Shown one piece after another: positions 55,871 through 64,000 of a DNA stretch of 64,000 bases (positions are counted from its first letter, which is position 1; each line of letters begins with the position of its first letter). This DNA comes from TPA_inf: Saccharomyces (lineage: Eukaryota). The translations under genes were made by a program, and so were the position numbers. The stretch covers positions 96,001 through 160,000 of the forward strand of contig BK006946.2 of NCBI GenBank assembly GCA_000146045.2, given 5' to 3'. Below the pieces are notes generated by a model. It was not told the origin of the DNA and searched no databases. It saw only the letters and a program-made list of their open reading frames with translations.

Positions 55871-57001
55871 ATGTCTTATAAATTCGGCAAACTTGCCATT
55901 AATAAAAGTGAGCTATGTCTAGCAAATGTGCTACAGGCTGGCCAATCCTTTCGATGGATTTGGGATGAAAAGTTAAACCAGTACAGCACTACAATGAAGA
56001 TAGGCCAGCAAGAAAAGTATTCAGTAGTGATTTTGAGGCAAGATGAAGAGAATGAGATCCTGGAATTTGTTGCTGTCGGCGACTGTGGCAATCAGGACGC
56101 CTTAAAAACTCATCTAATGAAATATTTTAGATTGGACGTGTCACTGAAGCACTTATTCGATAATGTTTGGATTCCAAGCGATAAAGCATTTGCGAAACTT
56201 TCTCCACAAGGCATCCGTATCTTGGCCCAGGAACCATGGGAGACATTGATTTCCTTTATTTGCTCGAGTAATAATAACATTTCAAGAATTACGAGAATGT
56301 GCAATAGCCTTTGCTCTAATTTCGGGAACTTAATCACAACAATAGATGGGGTCGCCTACCATTCGTTTCCTACAAGTGAGGAGCTAACTTCTCGAGCCAC
56401 TGAAGCCAAGTTGCGTGAGCTGGGCTTTGGATATAGAGCTAAGTATATTATCGAAACCGCGAGAAAACTGGTGAATGATAAAGCTGAAGCTAATATTACT
56501 TCTGACACCACATACCTTCAAAGTATCTGTAAAGATGCTCAATATGAAGACGTTAGAGAGCACCTCATGTCCTACAATGGTGTAGGCCCCAAAGTTGCTG
56601 ATTGCGTTTGTCTAATGGGACTTCACATGGATGGCATCGTCCCCGTAGATGTCCATGTTAGTAGAATTGCGAAGAGGGACTACCAAATATCTGCGAACAA
56701 GAACCATCTCAAAGAATTGAGGACAAAATACAACGCCTTACCTATCTCAAGAAAAAAAATCAACCTAGAGCTCGACCATATTAGATTAATGCTTTTTAAA
56801 AAATGGGGATCATACGCTGGTTGGGCCCAAGGTGTCCTATTCTCTAAAGAAATCGGAGGGACTAGTGGTAGCACTACAACTGGTACTATAAAGAAGAGAA
56901 AATGGGATATGATAAAGGAAACGGAAGCAATTGTTACGAAACAAATGAAACTGAAAGTTGAATTGTCTGATCTTCACATCAAAGAAGCAAAAATAGATTA
57001 G
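55871..57001 (+). CDS. OGG1: 8-oxoguanine DNA glycosylase / AP lyase (HhH-GPD family), 376 aa
   Basis: HhH-GPD motif region (...LMSYNGVGPKVADCVCLMGL..., DVHV...) containing the catalytic Lys and Asp. 376 aa (YML060W). Confidence 0.9.
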   Translation: MSYKFGKLAINKSELCLANVLQAGQSFRWIWDEKLNQYSTTMKIGQQEKYSVVILRQDEENEILEFVAVGDCGNQDALKTHLMKYFRLDVSLKHLFDNVWIPSDKAFAKLSPQGIRILAQEPWETLISFICSSNNNISRITRMCNSLCSNFGNLITTIDGVAYHSFPTSEELTSRATEAKLRELGFGYRAKYIIETARKLVNDKAEANITSDTTYLQSICKDAQYEDVREHLMSYNGVGPKVADCVCLMGLHMDGIVPVDVHVSRIAKRDYQISANKNHLKELRTKYNALPISRKKINLELDHIRLMLFKKWGSYAGWAQGVLFSKEIGGTSGSTTTGTIKKRKWDMIKETEAIVTKQMKLKVELSDLHIKEAKID

Positions 57002-57218
57002 CTTAAAAAGTCATAGTAAATACCACGATAAAAGCACGCGACCGAAAAGGCGATACATATTCTTTAAAGGAGCTTGAAAGGTAATGATTGAAATATTAGA
57101 GATATTTACAGTATAAAACACAAATATTTAGAACGATAAATAATACAGTAAAAAACAATGCAATACCTAAATCTATCTACAAAAAACGGTCACCAAGGCG
57201 TTGGAAGATAGAAATCTA

Positions 57219-60200
57219 TCAAATACTATTTCTTCTATGTAATAAAAACTCAGGAACTTGAGAATTCAAAGTGGTTTCTTGTGAACCAGGTATATATGGC
57301 ATCTTGTCGTCGTCAATAAGCCCTTGCAAAAAGATACGACCATAGTCTACACCCACATGATAAATTTCTTCGAACTTGCTAAAGTCTAATGTGGCATATT
57401 CTTCAATAGGTGGTCTCACATAAACGACACCTGGTGTATTTTTCGCTTTCTCTAAAGCATTTACTGATGCGACGTAACCCAATCTAACTTGAATCTCTGC
57501 CATATTGGGTATGTTTGGATGAGAAGAAAATGGATTCCATCTATTGAAAATGATCCAAAACCCATTTAGGGAGTCACCATATTCCATAGGCGTTCTATCA
57601 TCTGCAGAACCTACATCTACTGCAAATATAGTTTGGCAACCACGCGCTCTCATCTCAGTTACTGGTAAATTATCAACATAACCACCATCCAGTAACATAG
57701 ACCCGTTCTCTTCCAAAGGAGGTAAAAGACCAGCAAGAGACATCGAAGCTCTGATGTACCTCCACGCATAACCAAAGGAATGTATTTCTTGAACCGAATC
57801 GGTTATATTAGTAGAATTACAATAATACTGGATCCAGAAGTCTTCAATTCTTGTATCCCCGAAAGTTTTCCAAATACCTCTATTAAATTCGTGACCAGTA
57901 GTATAAGAAGTAACCGGCCAGGTTAAATCTGTTAACATTCTCCATATAGAGGAAATTCGACCAGCAAACTTCTTCACGCGGCCGTAAATTGGCACCAAAT
58001 CATAATCCTTCGCGTACAAACCGCCAACAAAGGAACCAATCGATGTTCCTCCAATAACGTCGACCGGAATACCTTGTTCTTCAATAGCTTGAATGACACC
58101 CAAATGACTAATACCTCTCGCACCTCCTCCTCCGAGGACAAGTCCAATAGCTTGTCCAGAAAGAATTCTAGCCAATCTTAGAAAATCATTTTTATGCCTA
58201 TGAACTGGTGTGTAATATTGTCTTTTACTTTTCATGAATCTTGAAGAAAAGTTTTCTACGGTGTTCTTGATAGAATCTGGAAGTAGTTTTGATATATTCT
58301 GTTGAGTTTTTCTACTGAATTCTGTTTGAATCAACTTATCCATTAATGCCAAGGCACCATTATTCAAAACGTGCATTTTGCCTTCGTTCATCAAGGTTGT
58401 TCCTGTCAAACTAAATTGAATGTGATGATGCGAATGAACCCATGGCCTATAGCGTAACCACTTATGGGTTAGTCCTGGTTCCACATACCTTTCAGGGTGT
58501 AGAAGAATTAACTCGGTCCTTGCGGTAGTCTTTGAATTTAGTAATAACTTTTCATATTCTCCTATTTCGGCTGATGGAGATCTAGCATCTGCTAGTAAGA
58601 GAATACAATCACCTTGCGCAATACAGGTTCTTGTCCAATTAGATTTAACTGGTGTATCTGATATATAAACAACAGTCTGGTACATTTCTTCTAGTTCAGC
58701 AAAGTAACCACTTTGTTTTAATTTGGACAATCTGTCAAATGCATGACGACCTAAATGTGTTAGGGTAGTTCTTTGATTTAAACCAATCGTGGTCCTTCCT
58801 ACCTGTTTGAAAGCTTGCACTAACTTCATAGCAAATGCTTCTACAGGTAGTCCACTGGTAATTGGTAAGATAGTGATGGTTCTAAAAGTAATTGTGCCAG
58901 AAGTAATATTTTGGGGTTTATGACTTAAAGAGCTAGAGTAAGACGCTTTCGTTGGAGGTATTAAAGAAGTGAAGTCGTTTTCCTTTATAGATAATGGATC
59001 GCCTGTTAATGCTGGAACAGTTCTATCTCCGACAATTTTTTTAGCAACTAATCTGGAAACTCTAATCATGATAGATGGATGTTCAAGAGCTAATAGTTCG
59101 AATAATGTTCTCGGAATTCTCGCTAATTCAGAATCCCTCACTGCCACTATCGTTGAATATCTATTCATAGCGGTAAGCACTTCAACTTCACCAAAACTCT
59201 CCCCCTGGGCCAGTTCTCCTAGAATAATGTTCTGAGTTTCAACTTCTTCGGAACTTGTATTGGAGTTTGACAATGACTGCTGTTGTAGCTGCCTTAGTCT
59301 ACCATTCAGGACAACATAAATACCGTTAGCCGAGTCACCTTGTGAAAATAGAGTTTCAGAAGCCCTCAAGTGAACCCATTCTAAAGCATGGTCGAGCTTT
59401 AATAACCTTGAAGATAGCAATTTGGTTAATGAATCAGAAATCCGTAAGTAGATTAGGAAATATTTATCAAACAATCTTTCTAAGGTTGCACTAGATAAAA
59501 ATCCAACATAGACATCGCTCTTGGCAACGATATTAACAAATGATTTGTAACCAATTAGAGAGGACAAGTAGCCCACAATACCACCAGATCCTACAGAGTA
59601 TAACAAATGTTGAGTATGATGAGGATTTTCACCCTTGTGTGAACTTTGGGCTGAAACCTGCTCTGGTTTAGACATTGATGATACTACTGACGAGGACGAA
59701 TTTGTTGTCACATTAACTTTCCCGGAAATGATATAGAATAGGCCTTTACCACGAGCGTTCTGCTCAACAATTGTGGTGCCCTTTTTAAAGAACTTCAACT
59801 GAATGCCTTGTGCAAAGTCTTTCTTGACATCTTCGAAATCCAAATTGGGTGTCAACTCCTCTTTGTAAGCTCTAGGTTTTTTTTTGTCCTGGCTTTTACT
59901 TTTATTATGCCTTTTATTGCTGATAGTGTATTCTTTGGGTAGGATTCTTAACATTGTCGGTTGAGTTTGAGGAGAGGCAAATGATGAAGCTACGGAAATG
60001 TCAGATGGTGTACAGTGAGGGGACATCAGAAAACTTGCGTTACTTGGACGGCGGCTATACATTTCATTAAGTTGAGGAGAGTTTAAAGAAGACATATTTG
60101 CTATCGAAGAAGATGAAACGGACATATTGCTTTTGTTTACACCCAAGTATGTTAACATTGCCTCAACTAAAGCCATTCTTAAAGCAGAGTCCTCGGTTTC

Positions 60201-62258
60201 TTCCTGGGCAGCAGAAAAGGATGTTGTGGGCAGTAAATTAGGTCTTGGAGAGACCCGTCCCTTCAAATGAACGGGACTTGGGTGGATATGGTCATGAACA
60301 GAAGTATTATCCAAGGACAAGGGCGATGTACTAAGTTGTGCGTTGCGCAATTCTGGGGACAAAGAAGAAAACTTCTTAGAGTGTACGGAAGCATTGTTAC
60401 TGCTACTCCTAGAAGATCGCTTATGTTGGTTAGAGGTAGAAGTGTTAATACCGTTTGATTTATTGCGGTTGTTATTATGGATTGGGTTGGGTGACAGAAT
60501 ATCCATAGTTCTAGACAGTGGGACATTTGACAGTAAATCACCAGGATTAAATTGGTCTCTTGAACCCAGTACGACATGTCTCGAACTTGGATGGTGGGTG
60601 AATTCTGGTTTCAGTGAAAGGGAATTCGAACTTGTGTTAGCGTTGGCGTTAGCAATCTTAAGCGATTGAATGATACCATCAGATGGCTTCGCTTTGGGCG
60701 GTTTCTTCAATTTAGAGGAAGCATTACTATTTTTGGGTTTCGGTTCTAAATCAGCCGATCCGCTCGACTTATCTACAGTTTTAAACTTACGAATAACGGC
60801 CTCTTTCAAATAATAAGGCAATTCATAAACGATGGATTTATTTAGTAAAACTTCGATATCCATGATCTCCTTTGTTAAACCTAAGTAGTCGTGAGCAGTT
60901 TGGAACGTAACATGGTATAGCTTGGTGAGAACCATCTGTATGATATGGGAAGCAGACCGTGGGTATTTTGCGGTTAATTTGGCAAACGATTGAGGTGGGA
61001 TAATACCAATTGTGCAGTCTGTAGCCGCACGGGCGACAAGTTTAGGCATTGAAGAGGGGAACGTTGGAAAGCTGTTGGTGGAGTTTGTCATGGAATCTGT
61101 GTTGGAGAAGTTCTGCTCTGATGAGCAGAACATATTGTTGACCGACACCGTTGTGTCTATAGGTGACGATAACTCAGAGGGAAAGTTACTGTTGCCATAC
61201 GAGGACATGGAATGCGTGAATAAGTTTAAAATGCTCACGAGGGAGGTCAGCGGGTTTCCTGGCTTGACTGTATTTAGCAGTTGAAAATTTCCCAGTCCAT
61301 TTTTCAGATGAATGTAACCAACGGATTCATCTTCTTCATCGATGAGGTTAGAAGAACAAGATTTGGTGTCGTAGTTATCAATGTCATCATCTTCTTCTTC
61401 GTCTTCTTCATCTCTATCCTGGTCGTCAAGACCATCCGTGTCACTGTGGTCAGTTTCATCGCCATGGTCCTTATCTGAATGATCTACTTCATGATATAAC
61501 TGCAGGGTGCCTTCAACGACGATGGCAAACCCAATAGTACTGTCCAACAGTAAAATCTCACCCTCATCCATTTTTTGAGTTTTCATATTCTTGGTCAGGT
61601 CATGGAAGACTGGTTTTTCCAGATAGCCAAAGATTTTGATGGCGCTGAGAAATTGGTCAAGGTAAGATGAAAGAAAGGTTTCGTTTTCGTTGCCATCTTT
61701 CAATGAATGCTTTTTTGAGTCTATAATCGAGCTTGCACCCGTGGTAGAGGAACCTATGGCGGGTGGCGCGTTGGCTGACTGAGTGGAAGCTGCATTGATA
61801 TTGGCGCTGGAGCCAGATTTACCTGTATTTTCCAGCGGCAAGAACTCCGGGGTCAGCCTCTTGTACTGGGATAGAATTCTCTCCTTCATGATGGTGTAAG
61901 TCACAAAGACTATGACGGCTAGGGCAAACAGGATCAGCCAAAAGGAAAGAGTGAACTGAACATGGTGTAACTTGAAGAAGATCCACTTCGGAATCCTTAA
62001 AAGCGATAAAGTTGCCAGATACCAACCGTACCTGAAGATCATACGAGAGGCACCCATAACAAAGTAGGACACAACCCACGAGAAGTTGAAGAGGGATGAA
62101 AGTGACCACGTCTGCGCCTCAGAAATAATCTGGTCGGTGAGACATGTCTGGAATCTATAAGAAGTATAATTACTGGAATTAAAGCTGGAGCCAAGACTGT
62201 TTTTCGTGTTTTGGCCGGTATTGTTGGTGTTGTTCGTAGTGCAATTCATTGAACGCAT
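57219..62258 (-). CDS. NTE1: ER phosphatidylcholine phospholipase B, neuropathy target esterase homolog (cNMP-binding-like domains plus patatin domain), 1679 aa
   Basis: N-terminal TM segments, cyclic-nucleotide-binding-like regions and a C-terminal patatin domain (GLVLGGGGARG...GTSIGS...DGG). 1679 aa (YML059C). Confidence 0.9.
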   Translation of the reverse strand: MRSMNCTTNNTNNTGQNTKNSLGSSFNSSNYTSYRFQTCLTDQIISEAQTWSLSSLFNFSWVVSYFVMGASRMIFRYGWYLATLSLLRIPKWIFFKLHHVQFTLSFWLILFALAVIVFVTYTIMKERILSQYKRLTPEFLPLENTGKSGSSANINAASTQSANAPPAIGSSTTGASSIIDSKKHSLKDGNENETFLSSYLDQFLSAIKIFGYLEKPVFHDLTKNMKTQKMDEGEILLLDSTIGFAIVVEGTLQLYHEVDHSDKDHGDETDHSDTDGLDDQDRDEEDEEEDDDIDNYDTKSCSSNLIDEEDESVGYIHLKNGLGNFQLLNTVKPGNPLTSLVSILNLFTHSMSSYGNSNFPSELSSPIDTTVSVNNMFCSSEQNFSNTDSMTNSTNSFPTFPSSMPKLVARAATDCTIGIIPPQSFAKLTAKYPRSASHIIQMVLTKLYHVTFQTAHDYLGLTKEIMDIEVLLNKSIVYELPYYLKEAVIRKFKTVDKSSGSADLEPKPKNSNASSKLKKPPKAKPSDGIIQSLKIANANANTSSNSLSLKPEFTHHPSSRHVVLGSRDQFNPGDLLSNVPLSRTMDILSPNPIHNNNRNKSNGINTSTSNQHKRSSRSSSNNASVHSKKFSSLSPELRNAQLSTSPLSLDNTSVHDHIHPSPVHLKGRVSPRPNLLPTTSFSAAQEETEDSALRMALVEAMLTYLGVNKSNMSVSSSSIANMSSLNSPQLNEMYSRRPSNASFLMSPHCTPSDISVASSFASPQTQPTMLRILPKEYTISNKRHNKSKSQDKKKPRAYKEELTPNLDFEDVKKDFAQGIQLKFFKKGTTIVEQNARGKGLFYIISGKVNVTTNSSSSVVSSMSKPEQVSAQSSHKGENPHHTQHLLYSVGSGGIVGYLSSLIGYKSFVNIVAKSDVYVGFLSSATLERLFDKYFLIYLRISDSLTKLLSSRLLKLDHALEWVHLRASETLFSQGDSANGIYVVLNGRLRQLQQQSLSNSNTSSEEVETQNIILGELAQGESFGEVEVLTAMNRYSTIVAVRDSELARIPRTLFELLALEHPSIMIRVSRLVAKKIVGDRTVPALTGDPLSIKENDFTSLIPPTKASYSSSLSHKPQNITSGTITFRTITILPITSGLPVEAFAMKLVQAFKQVGRTTIGLNQRTTLTHLGRHAFDRLSKLKQSGYFAELEEMYQTVVYISDTPVKSNWTRTCIAQGDCILLLADARSPSAEIGEYEKLLLNSKTTARTELILLHPERYVEPGLTHKWLRYRPWVHSHHHIQFSLTGTTLMNEGKMHVLNNGALALMDKLIQTEFSRKTQQNISKLLPDSIKNTVENFSSRFMKSKRQYYTPVHRHKNDFLRLARILSGQAIGLVLGGGGARGISHLGVIQAIEEQGIPVDVIGGTSIGSFVGGLYAKDYDLVPIYGRVKKFAGRISSIWRMLTDLTWPVTSYTTGHEFNRGIWKTFGDTRIEDFWIQYYCNSTNITDSVQEIHSFGYAWRYIRASMSLAGLLPPLEENGSMLLDGGYVDNLPVTEMRARGCQTIFAVDVGSADDRTPMEYGDSLNGFWIIFNRWNPFSSHPNIPNMAEIQVRLGYVASVNALEKAKNTPGVVYVRPPIEEYATLDFSKFEEIYHVGVDYGRIFLQGLIDDDKMPYIPGSQETTLNSQVPEFLLHRRNSI

Positions 62259-62396
62259 GCAAAAACTAGAGCCAAGCCTTTCTATTCTTTTCTTGTTTAT
62301 TTTATATTCGTTAGAGTTTTGTGGTGTTTCTTTAACTTAATAAACTTTCGAGAAAAGTGTCAAGTTTCCCAGATTTTTAAGATCCTTATAACCTGT

Positions 62397-62420
62397 AAAA
62401 AAAAAAAAAAAAAAAAAAAA
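62397..62420 (+). promoter_or_regulatory. 24-nt poly(dA:dT) tract in the NTE1/HUG1 divergent promoter
   Basis: An uninterrupted run of 24 A, likely a nucleosome-excluding promoter element. Confidence 0.5.
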
Positions 62421-62546
62421 GAAGGGTTTAAATAAAAATCGGACTTACTCAAAGGGTTGAAAAGCACTTTAATATAGGTTTTTAGTTTCGGGTAAGAAGA
62501 TGTGTCAAAGGTCTCGAAAAGGAAACATTAGGGCAAATACGTAAAG

Positions 62547-62599
62547 GTTGCCTTCGTATCTCGTTTCCACAGCAACGAGAAACGAGATACGAAGGCAAC
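62547..62599. promoter_or_regulatory. perfect 21-bp inverted repeat with 11-nt spacer, about 160-210 bp upstream of HUG1; the outer ends are RFX-type half-sites (GTTGCC ... GGCAAC)
   Basis: gttgccttcgtatctcgtttc | cacagcaacga | gaaacgagatacgaaggcaac. The arms are exact reverse complements. Confidence 0.5.
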
Positions 62600-62759
62600 T
62601 GATTCCCAGCATATAAAAGGCCATGAATTTTTGGCGTTTCCTATTGTCTTTTCGAAACTATTTCTTTCATTCCTTTCCTTTCTTGTTCTTTTACTTATAA
62701 GAAAAATAATATACGTATATATATAACTACAAACCACATCAGCAATAAAAAAAAACTAT

Positions 62760-62966
62760 ATGACCATGGACCAAGGCCTTAACCCAAAGCAATTCTTCCT
62801 TGACGATGTCGTCCTACAAGACACTTTGTGCTCAATGAGCAACCGTGTCAACAAGAGTGTCAAGACCGGCTACTTATTCCCCAAGGATCACGTTCCTTCT
62901 GCCAACATCATTGCCGTCGAACGTCGCGGCGGTCTTTCTGACATTGGTAAGAATACTTCCAACTAA
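62760..62966 (+). CDS. HUG1: small DNA-damage/replication-stress induced protein, 68 aa
   Basis: MTMDQGLNPKQFFLDDVVLQDTLCSMSNRVNKSVKTGYLFPKDHVPSANIIAVERRGGLSDIGKNTSN (68 aa, YML058W-A). Confidence 0.85.
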   Translation: MTMDQGLNPKQFFLDDVVLQDTLCSMSNRVNKSVKTGYLFPKDHVPSANIIAVERRGGLSDIGKNTSN

Positions 62967-63382
62967 GAGCATGCTTCTCTTTTTTTTTGTAGGCCAATGA
63001 TAGGAAAGAACAATAGATTATAAATACGTCAGAATATAGTAGATATGTTTTTATGTTTAGACCTCGTACATAGGAATAATTGACGTTTTTTTTTGGCCAA
63101 CATTTGAAATTTTTTTTTGTTACCTCGCGCTGAGCCCAAACGGGCTCCACTACCCGCCGCGGTCGCCATTTTGGGAAGTCATCCGTCCCAAAAAGGAAAT
63201 AGCCATAACATATCGTTACTGTTTTGGAACATCGCCCGTTTCGCCCGATTCCGCCTCAGCGGGTATAAAAAGAGATCTTTTTTTTTCCTGGCTGTCCCTT
63301 CCCATTTTTAAATGTCTTATCTGCTCCTTTGTGATCTTACGGTCTCACTAACCTCTCTTCAACTGCTCAATAATTTCCCGCT

Positions 63383-63697
63383 ATGCAAAATTCCCAAGAC
63401 TACTTTTACGCTCAAAATCGCTGCCAACAACAACAAGCCCCTTCCACATTGCGTACCGTGACCATGGCGGAATTTAGAAGGGTGCCTTTGCCACCTATGG
63501 CTGAGGTTCCTATGTTGTCTACTCAAAACTCCATGGGCAGCTCCGCTTCTGCCTCCGCTTCTTCATTAGAAATGTGGGAAAAGGATTTGGAGGAGAGACT
63601 CAACTCTATCGATCATGACATGAACAACAACAAATTTGGTTCTGGCGAACTAAAATCTATGTTCAACCAGGGTAAGGTCGAGGAAATGGACTTCTAA
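63383..63697 (+). CDS. SML1: ribonucleotide reductase (Rnr1) inhibitor, 104 aa
   Basis: MQNSQDYFYAQNRCQQQQAPSTLRTVTMAEFRRVPLPPMAEV...GSGELKSMFNQGKVEEMDF (104 aa, YML058W). Confidence 0.9.
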   Translation: MQNSQDYFYAQNRCQQQQAPSTLRTVTMAEFRRVPLPPMAEVPMLSTQNSMGSSASASASSLEMWEKDLEERLNSIDHDMNNNKFGSGELKSMFNQGKVEEMDF

Positions 63698-63845
63698 AGT
63701 TCCTTTCATACTCTTTTCTTTTCTCTTTCCATTTCCCACTAGTTCTGTTCTTTTCTTCTCTTAGATACCCTTCTTTTCAGGGACTCTCGTCCTACTATTG
63801 TTGTCATTCTCGAAACATTCTCTCCCGTGCATTTTCCTTTCCCTT

Positions 63846-63876
<31 letters not shown>

Positions 63877-64000
63877 GTCTCTTCTACGTATTTTTGTATT
63901 TCTGTGTCTTTATCAAAGATAGTCTATAATACGTTTGATACAGCTAGATATCGCTAGCGCCAACATTGTCCCCCTCTCTTGATCAATGCTTTTTTTCGGC

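Overview
This window reads as Saccharomyces cerevisiae nuclear DNA from the left arm of chromosome XIII, running ALO1 (YML086C) through SML1 (YML058W). Gene order, lengths and strands are collinear with the well-annotated S288C map. Almost every long ORF matches a known yeast protein at its expected length, and three genes carry canonical yeast introns (TUB1, RPL6A, ERV41; GTATGT ... TACTAAC ... YAG). One Pol III gene, tRNA-Arg(UCU), is flanked about 90 bp upstream by a solo Ty1/Ty2 delta LTR. The ORF track uses ATG/GTG/TTG starts (several 'M' residues are really GTG or TTG), so I re-placed the true ATG starts using known protein lengths and N-termini. I see no evidence of a novel gene system: this is an ordinary, gene-dense yeast chromosomal segment. 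The observations worth a second look are: (1) an apparent extra C at position 3240/3241 inside TUB1 exon 2 that breaks the conserved GQAGCQ|IGNACWEL reading frame as the text is given; (2) a perfect 21-bp inverted repeat carrying RFX-type GTTGCC/GGCAAC half-sites in the NTE1-HUG1 divergent promoter; (3) an unusually GC-rich promoter island with Rox1 and AR1 (Upc2) hypoxic motifs upstream of YML083C; (4) paired or palindromic Rap1-type sites upstream of RPL6A and a telomere-like CCATACA repeat upstream of RPS1B; (5) a 69-75 nt in-frame tandem duplication inside COG8. All gene names are assigned from my recall of the proteins and local synteny, not from a database search.
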